Shown: one piece after another, positions 1 through 9,176 of the stretch
How positions within the stretch are numbered: the first letter of the stretch is position 1
Layout: the number at the start of each line of letters is the position of its first letter
Assembly: GCA_964444125.1 (NCBI GenBank)
Contig: CAYUFB010000001.1
Location: 26,053 to 90,052, forward strand
DNA: 64,000 bases
Source of the DNA: an uncultured Candidatus Saccharibacteria bacterium
GTDB lineage: Bacteria > Patescibacteriota > Dojkabacteria > B142 > JAFGMG01
Direction: 5' to 3'
Notes under the pieces: model-generated
Seen by the model: the letters and a program-made list of their open reading frames with translations, nothing else
Database searches by the model: none
What the model was told of the DNA's origin: nothing
Program-made: the position numbers and the translations under genes

Positions 1-58
1 AAGAAAAGGTAGAAATTTAGCAGTTGGTGGATTGAAGAGAAAATTAGAGAAGACATAA
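1..58 (+). CDS. rpsM: 30S ribosomal protein S13, C-terminal fragment (partial)
   Basis: Frame from nt 2 reads RKGRNLAVGGLKRKLEKT*; lies directly upstream of rpsK. Confidence 0.8.
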   Translation, partial: RKGRNLAVGGLKRKLEKT

Positions 59-107
59 TCTTGAAGATTGTTAATTTCTGTTTATATTTAGTTTATAAGA
101 TTATTTA

Positions 108-524
108 ATGCCAAAGCCAAAGCAGCAACAAACAACAAAAGAAGTTGCAAAACAAAAAAAGAAAGCGAAGAAGAAACTAGTACAAAAGGTCATAGTAAAA
201 GTAAAAAGTGGGTATAACAATACAATCGTGACGATCACAGATTATGATGGTAGTGTTATTTCTTCAAGTAGTGGTGGAGTAGTTGGATTTAAGGGATCTA
301 GAAAAAGTACAGCTTTCGCTGCTACAAAAGCAGCAGAAGATGCAGTATTTAAGGCTCAAAAGTTTGGGGCGAAAGAAGCAATTGTTGTAGTTTCAGGCAT
401 GGGAATGGGAAGACAGGCTGCCGTCAAAGGTATTAGATCTGCTGGTTTAAAAATTACATCTCTTTCTGATCATACTCCAGTACCTCATGGTGGTACTTGG
501 TCAAGGAAGAGTCCAAAGAAATAA
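108..524 (+). CDS. rpsK: 30S ribosomal protein S11
   Basis: NNTIVTITD, GFKGSRKST, DHTPVPHGG motifs. Confidence 0.98.
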   Translation: MPKPKQQQTTKEVAKQKKKAKKKLVQKVIVKVKSGYNNTIVTITDYDGSVISSSSGGVVGFKGSRKSTAFAATKAAEDAVFKAQKFGAKEAIVVVSGMGMGRQAAVKGIRSAGLKITSLSDHTPVPHGGTWSRKSPKK

Positions 525-541
525 TTAATTAATAAGGAAAT

Positions 542-1141
542 ATGAGATATACAGGTCCAAAAAGAAAACTAGAAAGAAGAGAAAATGCTACTTTATTTGG
601 AAGTGAAGCATGGAAAAAAAGGCCTACTTTGCCTGGTCAGCATGGTGTTTCTAGAAAGAGACCATCAAACTATGCTATTCAGTTTAGAGAAAAACAAAAG
701 GTCAAAAGAACATACTTGATGACAGAGAAACAATTTAGAATATTTTTTGATGAAGCAAAAAAGGCTACAGGAAATACAGGTACAAGATTTCTTCAGTTAT
801 TGGAGATGAGACTTGATAACGTTGTTTACAGACTTGGATTAGCAAAGACAAGAGATCAAGCTAGACAATTTGTAAATCATGGACACATAACAGTAAATGG
901 AAAGAAGCTTAGTATTCCTTCTTTTAGAGTCAAGGTTGGAGATGAGGTATCTTTGTCTAAGAAAATGGACAATAAAGATATTTCAAAACAAATTGCTCAA
1001 GAAATCAAAGCAGAAAAAAGAGCTGTTCCTGCATGGCTAGAAAGGCTTAAGTCTGGTGGCAAGGTTACAGCTGAACCTGTTAGGGAAAATATTGATAAAA
1101 GTATCAAAGAACAGTATATAGTTGAATTTTATTCAAGATAA
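542..1141 (+). CDS. rpsD: 30S ribosomal protein S4 (no Zn-ribbon cysteines)
   Basis: RYTGP, REKQK, LEMRLDNVVYRLG, VEFYSR. Confidence 0.99.
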   Translation: MRYTGPKRKLERRENATLFGSEAWKKRPTLPGQHGVSRKRPSNYAIQFREKQKVKRTYLMTEKQFRIFFDEAKKATGNTGTRFLQLLEMRLDNVVYRLGLAKTRDQARQFVNHGHITVNGKKLSIPSFRVKVGDEVSLSKKMDNKDISKQIAQEIKAEKRAVPAWLERLKSGGKVTAEPVRENIDKSIKEQYIVEFYSR

Positions 1142-1160
1142 TAATTATTATTTATATCAA

Positions 1161-2099
1161 ATGTTGGAAATTGATAAATTTGGACTTAAAAAGGTAAAAG
1201 ATGAAGGATCATATGGAGAGTTTGAGATTGGACCACTTCCAAAAGGTTTCGGGCATACAGTAGCAAACTCATTAAGAAGAATATTGCTATCATCAATCGC
1301 TGGAGCATCAGTTGTTTCAGTCAAAATCAATGGTGTAGATCATGAGTATACAGCACTTAAAGGTGTCCAAGATGATGTACTGGCAATTTTATTAAGATTG
1401 AAAGAATTAGCATTAGTTGTTCATACTGAAGATGAGGTAGTTCTAAAGGTATCCAAAAAAGGCAAAAAAGGAGAAGTAGTAGACGTTTTAGCTTCAGATA
1501 TAGAAATAAATCCAGATGTTGAAATTATCAACAAAGATCTTGTTATTACATCGCTTAGTGATGAGAAAAGTAGCTTTGATGCAGAGATTCACGTCAGATC
1601 TGGAGTAGGATACGCTTTCCCAGAGGAATCAATTCGAAAAGAAATTGGCAATTTGCCAATTGATGCTGATTATAATCCTGTCACAAGAGTTGAGATTGAT
1701 ATTGTTACAGCTCGTGTCGGACAAAGAACTGATTACGAACAGATCATACTAAAAGTTCACACAAATATGACCAAAACTCCTTCTGAAGCATTATTAGAGG
1801 CAGTTGAGGTGTATGATAGGATTGCAAACAGACTAGTGAATTTGGCTGGAGGCAATGCTGCAGCATTAGAAGAAGAGGTCAAAGATGAAGAAAGCAAACA
1901 AGAAGAAAGAATACTTGTCAGTGAGGTTAATATGTCAACAAGGCTTACAAATTCATTGATGAATTCAGGTATTTCAACATTAAATGAATTAAACGGAAAA
2001 AGCAAAGAAGATGTTGCAGGGTTTAGGGGTATGGGCAAAAAATCATATGAAGAGTTATTAGAAATTTTAGCTGATTTTGGATTTTCATTAACAGATTAA
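1161..2099 (+). CDS. rpoA: RNA polymerase alpha subunit
   Basis: PLPKGFGHTVANSLRRILLSS, alpha-CTD; ATG at 1161 preferred over the ORF-track start at 1122. Confidence 0.98.
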   Translation: MLEIDKFGLKKVKDEGSYGEFEIGPLPKGFGHTVANSLRRILLSSIAGASVVSVKINGVDHEYTALKGVQDDVLAILLRLKELALVVHTEDEVVLKVSKKGKKGEVVDVLASDIEINPDVEIINKDLVITSLSDEKSSFDAEIHVRSGVGYAFPEESIRKEIGNLPIDADYNPVTRVEIDIVTARVGQRTDYEQIILKVHTNMTKTPSEALLEAVEVYDRIANRLVNLAGGNAAALEEEVKDEESKQEERILVSEVNMSTRLTNSLMNSGISTLNELNGKSKEDVAGFRGMGKKSYEELLEILADFGFSLTD

Positions 2100-2103
2100 A
2101 TAA

Positions 2104-2499
2104 ATGAGACATAATTATAAAGTCAAAAAATTAGGCAGGCAGAAAGATCATAGAGATATGCTGGTTATAAACCAATTCAAGACTTTGGTTCAGTATGGCA
2201 AATTAGAAACAACTGAACAAAAGGCAAAAGTTGTAGCAGGTTTTGCAGATAAGATTCTTTCAAGATTGGCCAAATTAGATAATGAGAGAGCATTGCAGTT
2301 ATTAGAATCCAAATTAAAGAATAAAAAATTTACTAAGTATTTAGTAGAGGAAATCAAACCTGTCCTAGATAGAGAGTTTGGATTCGTTCGCAAATACAAA
2401 CTAGAGACTAGAAAAGGTGATAATGCTAGTATGATGTTACTTGAATTAATCAAGAAAGAACAAAAATCAAAAAAATCTAATAAAAAGAAAGAGAAATAA
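2104..2499 (+). CDS. rplQ: 50S ribosomal protein L17
   Basis: MRH..KKLGR, ETTEQKAK, RKGDNA; follows rpoA. Confidence 0.97.
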   Translation: MRHNYKVKKLGRQKDHRDMLVINQFKTLVQYGKLETTEQKAKVVAGFADKILSRLAKLDNERALQLLESKLKNKKFTKYLVEEIKPVLDREFGFVRKYKLETRKGDNASMMLLELIKKEQKSKKSNKKKEK

Positions 2500-2501
2500 T
2501 T

Positions 2502-2936
2502 ATGATGAAAACCAGAGTAATTAAACAAAAAGAAGTAAATCAAAATTGGTATTTGTTTGATGCAAAAAATGTAAGACTTGGAAAGCTTGCTGTAGAGGTA
2601 TCAAAAACTCTTATGGGTAAAGACAAAGTCAATTCTGCAGATAATCTTGATGATGGTGACTATGTTGTTGTCATTAATGTCAAAGAATTATCTTTTCATC
2701 CTAAAAAATTAAACAACAAAAAATACTATTCCCACTCAGGATACATGGGTTCTCTAAAAACTGAAACTTTAAAAGATTTGTTTGAAAGAAAACCTGATGA
2801 AGTATTAAGAAAAGCTGTCAAGGGTATGTTACCAAAAAACAAAATTCAAGCGAAGATACTAAATAGACTATATATTTATGAGACTTCTGAGCATAAACAT
2901 GAGGCACAGAAGCCTATACAAATTAAGATCAAGTAA
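2502..2936 (+). CDS. rplM: 50S ribosomal protein L13
   Basis: WYLFDA, DDGDYVVVIN, HSGYMG, GMLPKN, HEAQKP. Confidence 0.98.
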   Translation: MMKTRVIKQKEVNQNWYLFDAKNVRLGKLAVEVSKTLMGKDKVNSADNLDDGDYVVVINVKELSFHPKKLNNKKYYSHSGYMGSLKTETLKDLFERKPDEVLRKAVKGMLPKNKIQAKILNRLYIYETSEHKHEAQKPIQIKIK

Positions 2937-2941
2937 TAAAT

Positions 2942-3331
2942 ATGGAAAAATACATATATACAAAAGGAAGAAGAAAAACATCAGTTGCAACATTAAGATT
3001 GTATGAGGGCAATGGAGTCACAATGATTAATGACAAAAAGTTTGAAGATGTCTACAGAGATCCAGTAGATAGAGCATTGATTCTTGAGCCATTGAAATTA
3101 ATTGGTTCTCTAGATAAATACTACTTCACTTCAAAAACTAAAGGTGGTGGTGTCAAATCTCAAGCAGGAGCTATTAGACATGCATTATCACGTGCTTTGG
3201 TCAAATCAAGTAGTGATTTTAAATCCACACTTAAGAAAGCAGGAATGTTGGTTCGAGACGATAGAATGGTTGAAAGAAAAAAGACTGGCCTAAAGAAGGC
3301 AAGAAAATCCCCACAATTCTCAAAGAGATAA
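2942..3331 (+). CDS. rpsI: 30S ribosomal protein S9
   Basis: GRRKTSVA, GGGVKSQAGAIRH, ERKKTGLKKARKSPQFSKR. Confidence 0.99.
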   Translation: MEKYIYTKGRRKTSVATLRLYEGNGVTMINDKKFEDVYRDPVDRALILEPLKLIGSLDKYYFTSKTKGGGVKSQAGAIRHALSRALVKSSSDFKSTLKKAGMLVRDDRMVERKKTGLKKARKSPQFSKR

Positions 3332-3396
3332 ATTTACAAATACATTGCGCAGTTTCATTTTCTCTCTTATAATAGTAAGAATTATAATTACTGCTC

Positions 3397-4068
3397 GTGT
3401 TCAAGAAATTGTTTTCAACAATTATTCTCATTTTAGTTTTAGTCGTTTTGGCGCTTTGGTCCCCATGGCAGAAATTAGATATTTCCGTATGGGAGATGTT
3501 GGGTTTAAAACAACAGGACAAACTCTCAGGTTTGCAGGTTTATTCTATGAATGGTGAGATAGATATAGAAATTGATGGAGAACCTGTTGGAAGTGTAAAT
3601 GTTGAAGGGTCTCCACTTGATATTTACGAAATTGAACCTGGGGATAGGTTGATAACACTAATCAATAAATCAGAAAATAGTTACAAGTACAACAGGATTA
3701 TTAGATTCGTACCAGGAATTAATACTGTTATCGCTTACGAAATAGGTCCAAATGAGAGATTTTCGAGTGGTTATCTAATTACCGCAACACCTTCTATTGC
3801 TACAAATGAAAGCTTTTTAAATATTGCAGGATATCCATCAAAATCAAAAGTCTATCTTAATGGAGAGATGATTGGCGAGGCACCTATATCTAGATACTCG
3901 TTGAAATTAGATTCTTCATTGGTGATCAAGATTGAGAATGAAAATTATGAAGAACTGCAGTTTAATTTATTACCCGAAGACGATGAAGCCAGGAGCAATC
4001 TGAAAGGATATGACTTAAATATTGAATTTAGGCTCTTTGAAATGCCATTTGAAGTAATAACACTTTAA
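3397..4068 (+). CDS. Membrane-anchored PEGA-domain-like protein
   Basis: N-terminal TM; two beta-rich repeats (IEIDGEPVG, VYLNGEMIGEAP). Confidence 0.65.
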   Translation: MFKKLFSTIILILVLVVLALWSPWQKLDISVWEMLGLKQQDKLSGLQVYSMNGEIDIEIDGEPVGSVNVEGSPLDIYEIEPGDRLITLINKSENSYKYNRIIRFVPGINTVIAYEIGPNERFSSGYLITATPSIATNESFLNIAGYPSKSKVYLNGEMIGEAPISRYSLKLDSSLVIKIENENYEELQFNLLPEDDEARSNLKGYDLNIEFRLFEMPFEVITL

Positions 4069-7000
4069 TGTCAGAAAAAAACAAATTAAAATCAAGTATA
4101 AAATATCCAACTTCTATTATAGTAAGAGGGGATGATTTCTTGGGGGTAGAGATAGCCAAAAGCCTTATTGAACAAGGAGGATACGTAATTGTGGTTGACC
4201 ATGATATTGATAAGACGATAGAGAGATACAAAGAGATAGAAGATCAGAAATTATTAAGTATAATTAACTTTGAATCAATTGATTATTTAGATGACGACTT
4301 AAGGAGATTAGATTATGTTTTTTTCTTGAATCATGAATATGATAATTCTAATTTCAAAATTTCCAGTCAAGAATTTCTTCAAGTATCAAACTATTTAGAT
4401 TTAATGCTAAATCTATCTAGCAAATTTGATGCCAAATTTGTTTTGACCTCTTCAATTCGAGCAAATCAGATAATTCTTGAGCACGGAGAATTGGATCTCA
4501 ATTTTGGAAAATCATCTACATCTGCACAGATGGTCTATACGCAGATGGAGATTCAAAGGTATGCAGAAACATTATGTATGGAATCGGTAGAGAAACTCGG
4601 AATCGATGCGCGTATCACTAGACTTGGGATAGTTGTTGGCAAAGGGATGGATTTTGATCTTAATCGCAGTTTCGATCGCTTGATTTTTCAAGCGGTCAAA
4701 GCGAAAAATTTAGAACTGACAGCTGATGGATTAGAAACAAATTTATATGTCCATGTGCTTGATTGTGCATATGGTTTGATCAAGGCTATGTTCACAAAAG
4801 GTACGCAGGGCAAAATTTATTCGATTTCAAATCAAGAAGAAATAAGTGATTTGAGTATTGCATATAAATTACAAGAGATAACAGGGCTCAATAGAGATAT
4901 TAGGTTTATTGATAGCAGTAATGATCTTCCCCCGATAAGATTTTATAAACCTGTTACAAATTTGTCAGCAATTGGGTGGACTCCCAGGATTTCATTTACT
5001 AGAGCTTTAAATCAAAGCTTGGACTATGCAAGATCACTTGAGGAAGATGGTACACAAATTGATGAAATAGTTTCGCCAGAGGAAGTTGTAGAAGATTTGC
5101 TCTCAGATGATCAACCAAAAGGAGCATTAGCTAGATTGATAGCTGAGCGAAAAAGGCAGGAAAAGGCAAGATCGGGTAGTATTTTGCTTGCAGCACAAAG
5201 AGTTCAGACCAAAAAGAAAGAAAATAGAAATTTGACCAGATACGAGAAATTTCAAAGATACTTACAAGCAAAATATGATAATCTGGCAAATAACCTACAG
5301 TTTTTAAAGAAAGTTACTGTTGCAGAATCGTTCTTTTATGCGATTACCTTTCTTATATTTGTATTAATTTACTTTGCCTTCATATCCCCAGGATTTGTGA
5401 TGATCAAAGAAACTATTAGACTTAATTATTATAATAGTCAGATAGCAAATAATATAGATCAAGCTAATATTGATGAACTGGATAATTCAATTAAAGGCTT
5501 TGATTCATCGTTAGGAGGATTTATCCAAAATTATAAAAAGTTTGAAGTAATTTATAGCTTATTGGGCAAAGAGCATGAATATCGAAGCAATATCAATTCT
5601 TTAAATACATATAAGCTCTATAGTGACAGCCTTTCTTCCAGCTTAGATTATATTGTCAGTTTTGATGAATACTGGAATCAAAATGAATTTGGTTTGGTAC
5701 TTAAACCCAACTCGGAATCAAAATTAATATTGTCACAATATAGTACAAATCAGGCACTAATTGAGAATATTAATACGAGCTCAGTTGAAGCAACTCAAAG
5801 CTCAAAGAAGCTTGAGCTTGCAAAAAAAGCAATAGATGATGTTGCAAATATTTCTGTACTTGGCTACGACATAGATGAGAATATGACCAATTTGGTTGCT
5901 GGTGAAGACTATATCACTGATTTGATGTCATTTATAAATGGCTATAGTCAAATGATGATGAAAAACGAGAAGCATACTTATATACTAGTTATCCAGGATA
6001 ATTCGAGATATACACCATCTGGAGGTTATCCTGCGAGTATCGGGTTCTTCTCTGCCCAAAGTGGACAAATTACTGATATTCTATTTACACCAGTTACAGA
6101 AAATATGCGATTGTCTTCTTTGACAAAATCAGAATTAGATGAGATACAAACTAACTCAGGAGAGATTGTTTCAACTACCCAGGTTGAAATAGATGATTTA
6201 TTTCTTCTTAAGGATAGAAACGTAATACGTGAGCATTTAATTGATTATATGCAAGATCAATATGGAATAAATGCAAGAACAGTTATTTATATAAATCTTG
6301 AAGCTGTTGCATCATTAGCAAATTACAAGGGTGGGGTAGAGATAAATAGCGTTATGGTCAATGAAGCAACGATACTCAATGCTTTAGAATTGTTGCAAAA
6401 AGATACTGGCAAAGTTGAAGACAGAAATAATGTGATTACCGAATTAGCAGCGTCGATTTTTGTTGAGTATACGACAAATAAATCATTGTTAACTGGATTA
6501 CTATCTACATTCAAAGAATACACAAGAACAAGAGGTGTGTTTATTTCATCACAAAACTATGAATTAATGAATAGCCTTGCAATGATTTCAAATAATCCTA
6601 ATGAGAAAAATTGGGCGTTTTTTGCACTTGGTATTGATCCTAACGCAGTAAAGGTCAAGGTATTTCCATCAATGGATTTAAAAGTTGAAGACTATATAGA
6701 AAGTGATTTTGTAATAAATAGAAAGATTACCATTAATCCAGGAAGCAACGAACATTTAGAGAGAGTTATTACATGCGTCCCCTCAAATGCATTTGATTTC
6801 TCTTTAGACAATAGATTGGCCTTAGGGCAGGCTTTTAGTGATAGTCAAATTTGTGTAGCAGGTGATTTTTCAAGATCAGAAAAAGTAAGCTTCAGTTACA
6901 AATTTCGTCCACAAATTGAAAATTTAGGTACAAATGAGTATAATGTAAATCTAGAGTTGCTAGTTGCCCCAGGAAGCAAAGTCAAATATGATTGGGATAT

Positions 7001-7121
7001 AAGTAAGTCTCCAGATATAAAGTTTAAAGATATTGGGGACCTTTCCTTGGCTGGGCAAGTTATTGTGTCTTCTGGCAACTTAGAGAATAGTTTAAATATA
7101 GATTTTATAATCGAGAAATGA
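4068..7121 (+). CDS. Degenerate NAD-dependent epimerase/dehydratase domain fused via a TM to a DUF4012-like extracellular domain
   Basis: Rossmann-like IIVRGDDFLG and extended-SDR features; TM at about aa 420-445; IQDNSRYTPSGGYPASIG resembles the DUF4012 motif. Confidence 0.7.
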   Translation: MSEKNKLKSSIKYPTSIIVRGDDFLGVEIAKSLIEQGGYVIVVDHDIDKTIERYKEIEDQKLLSIINFESIDYLDDDLRRLDYVFFLNHEYDNSNFKISSQEFLQVSNYLDLMLNLSSKFDAKFVLTSSIRANQIILEHGELDLNFGKSSTSAQMVYTQMEIQRYAETLCMESVEKLGIDARITRLGIVVGKGMDFDLNRSFDRLIFQAVKAKNLELTADGLETNLYVHVLDCAYGLIKAMFTKGTQGKIYSISNQEEISDLSIAYKLQEITGLNRDIRFIDSSNDLPPIRFYKPVTNLSAIGWTPRISFTRALNQSLDYARSLEEDGTQIDEIVSPEEVVEDLLSDDQPKGALARLIAERKRQEKARSGSILLAAQRVQTKKKENRNLTRYEKFQRYLQAKYDNLANNLQFLKKVTVAESFFYAITFLIFVLIYFAFISPGFVMIKETIRLNYYNSQIANNIDQANIDELDNSIKGFDSSLGGFIQNYKKFEVIYSLLGKEHEYRSNINSLNTYKLYSDSLSSSLDYIVSFDEYWNQNEFGLVLKPNSESKLILSQYSTNQALIENINTSSVEATQSSKKLELAKKAIDDVANISVLGYDIDENMTNLVAGEDYITDLMSFINGYSQMMMKNEKHTYILVIQDNSRYTPSGGYPASIGFFSAQSGQITDILFTPVTENMRLSSLTKSELDEIQTNSGEIVSTTQVEIDDLFLLKDRNVIREHLIDYMQDQYGINARTVIYINLEAVASLANYKGGVEINSVMVNEATILNALELLQKDTGKVEDRNNVITELAASIFVEYTTNKSLLTGLLSTFKEYTRTRGVFISSQNYELMNSLAMISNNPNEKNWAFFALGIDPNAVKVKVFPSMDLKVEDYIESDFVINRKITINPGSNEHLERVITCVPSNAFDFSLDNRLALGQAFSDSQICVAGDFSRSEKVSFSYKFRPQIENLGTNEYNVNLELLVAPGSKVKYDWDISKSPDIKFKDIGDLSLAGQVIVSSGNLENSLNIDFIIEK

Positions 7122-7585
7122 AAGACCAAGTCTTACTGACCAAAGAAGGTTTAGAAGAATTAAAAAATGAATTACAAAGAAGAATTGAAATTGACCGAAT
7201 CAAAATTGCTGAAGAATTAAGTGCAGCAAGTGCTCAAGGAGATCTTTCAGAAAATGCAACATATAAAACTGCAATGGAAGATAAGGAATTCAATGAGAAT
7301 AGGATCGCTGAATTACAAAAAATTATCGCTGAAGCAGTCGTTATTGAGGGAAATAAAAACGATGATACTGCTGGTTTAGGAGAAAGGATTGTAGTTAAGA
7401 GATTATCTGATAACAAAATTAGAGAGTATATTCTTGTCGGAGAAAATGAGGCTGATCCACTTAGCTACAAAATTTCAATCAAGTCTCCAATTGGTAATGC
7501 ATTGTTAAATAAAGATGTGGGTGAAATAGTTAAGGTCGAAATGCCAAATGGCGTAGAAGAATTTGAAATAATTGAGATAAAATAA
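7118..7585 (+). CDS. greA: Transcription elongation factor GreA
   Basis: QGDLSENATY, ISIKSPIGNALL. Confidence 0.97.
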   Translation: MKDQVLLTKEGLEELKNELQRRIEIDRIKIAEELSAASAQGDLSENATYKTAMEDKEFNENRIAELQKIIAEAVVIEGNKNDDTAGLGERIVVKRLSDNKIREYILVGENEADPLSYKISIKSPIGNALLNKDVGEIVKVEMPNGVEEFEIIEIK

Positions 7586-7604
7586 TTCGCTTAAAAAGCT
7601 GACA

Positions 7605-7659
7605 GGGCCAGTTATATTTGCTATATTAATTAAAGTAAATATTAACTGACCCTTTTTTT
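7605..7659 (+). terminator. Intrinsic terminator-like hairpin after greA
   Basis: gggccagttatatttgct pairs with agtaaatattaactgaccc, followed by T7. Confidence 0.6.
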
Positions 7660-8497
7660 GGAAAAGCACGCCATCCCGCAAAACATCATGGATGTTGAAT
7701 TTAAATTGTTCGGAAGTCTGACGATCAGACAATTCATGAGCTTGGTGGGGGCCGTCATTATTGCTGGTTTGATATATATTATTGCAACCCCGCTTGGCGT
7801 CCCCGGTATTGTATTCTGGCCAATTGTAGGCTTTATTTTGGCAATAGGCTTTGCAATGGCCTTTATGACAATCAATGGGCAGCCCTTCGCTAGATGGTTT
7901 AGAAATTTTGTATTTGCAATTTTTTCTTCACAGAAATATGTATGGCAAAAATCTCCTCAACCGCCTCAAGCATTGACGCAAAATGTCCCAAAGATGAGCC
8001 CTAAATCGGATAAACAGATTTCAAAAGAATTAGGGATTATGCCTCTTGTAGAAGTTATGTCTGAGAAAAACGTAGAACTAGACGAAGATGAAAAAAAAGA
8101 CTTGTCCAGGATAGATCGATATTTTCAAGCAGAATTTGATAAGTATGTTCCTTCTAAACAAACTGTTGAAAGCAAAAGGCAGGGAATAGCACAAGTTGAT
8201 ATAGAAAATGCCAATATAGCCGGAAATCAAAATAGGATGTATTATGGAGATAATGTAGTAGATATAGGCAAAGGAAAGAGAGCGGTTTATTCAAATATGC
8301 AAAATAGAGCTTCCAGACCTGTTATGAAGGACGATTCTGAAGTGATGATGGAAAAAAAAATCAAAGAGATACTTCAAAGACAGCGTGAACTCGATCCTTA
8401 TATAAAAACAATGGAAATAGAAGAAAGGGAAAAAGAACTCAAACAAGAAATGAGAAGACTTTATCAAGAAATTCAGGAGTTAAACTCTAAAAAATAA
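7658..8497 (+). CDS. PrgI-family (VirB3-like) membrane protein
   Basis: HAIPQNIMDVEFKLFGSLTIRQF, two TMs, INGQP. Confidence 0.85.
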   Translation: MEKHAIPQNIMDVEFKLFGSLTIRQFMSLVGAVIIAGLIYIIATPLGVPGIVFWPIVGFILAIGFAMAFMTINGQPFARWFRNFVFAIFSSQKYVWQKSPQPPQALTQNVPKMSPKSDKQISKELGIMPLVEVMSEKNVELDEDEKKDLSRIDRYFQAEFDKYVPSKQTVESKRQGIAQVDIENANIAGNQNRMYYGDNVVDIGKGKRAVYSNMQNRASRPVMKDDSEVMMEKKIKEILQRQRELDPYIKTMEIEEREKELKQEMRRLYQEIQELNSKK

Positions 8498-9174
8498 TGG
8501 CAAAAAAAATACCTGCAACACAAGAACATTTGAGTATAGAAGAGATCGTTGATGATATGGTCATACTTCGCAATGGGGTCGTGGTGTTGATTCTTGAGAC
8601 AAGTGCTCTAAATTTCGATTTACTCTCAGAAGAAGAGCAGGATGTAAGGATTTTAGCATTCGCAAATTTATTAAATGGTGTAGATTACAGATTTGAGATA
8701 AGCATCAGAACGGTTAGAACAGATGTAAGTGAATATATAAAAAAACTTGAAGACTATAAATCCAAACAAATATCAAGGCCTCTTATTAGGCAGATAGAAA
8801 TATACATGCAATTTATACGAAATTTAACGACCAAAAATGAGATTCTAGACAAAAGATTTTTTGTTTCTATTCCCTATAGAGGTGGCCTTGTAGCAGATCC
8901 AAGTTTTTATAAAAAACTACTTGGGGCTAAGCCCAAGATTTCTAATGTCCCAAGGGTTGTAGAAAAAGCAAAAATTGATTTGTATCCAAAAAGAGACAAC
9001 ATTATCAGATTATTTAAAAAAATGGGTATATCGGCAAGACAGTTGACCAATAACGAATTATTGATGTTGTTTTATGAAATTTATGATCCTGATAAGATAG
9101 GGTACCAAAAGATCGGCCTAAATATTAGAGATTATACAACAGGTATTATTCAACCATTAAGGGAAGAAAAATAA
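8497..9174 (+). CDS. T4SS-associated protein (VirB4/TraC N-terminal-like)
   Basis: TQEHL, NFDLLSEEEQ, ILDKRFFVSIPY; lies between prgI and virB4. Confidence 0.7.
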   Translation: MAKKIPATQEHLSIEEIVDDMVILRNGVVVLILETSALNFDLLSEEEQDVRILAFANLLNGVDYRFEISIRTVRTDVSEYIKKLEDYKSKQISRPLIRQIEIYMQFIRNLTTKNEILDKRFFVSIPYRGGLVADPSFYKKLLGAKPKISNVPRVVEKAKIDLYPKRDNIIRLFKKMGISARQLTNNELLMLFYEIYDPDKIGYQKIGLNIRDYTTGIIQPLREEK

Positions 9175-9176
9175 AT

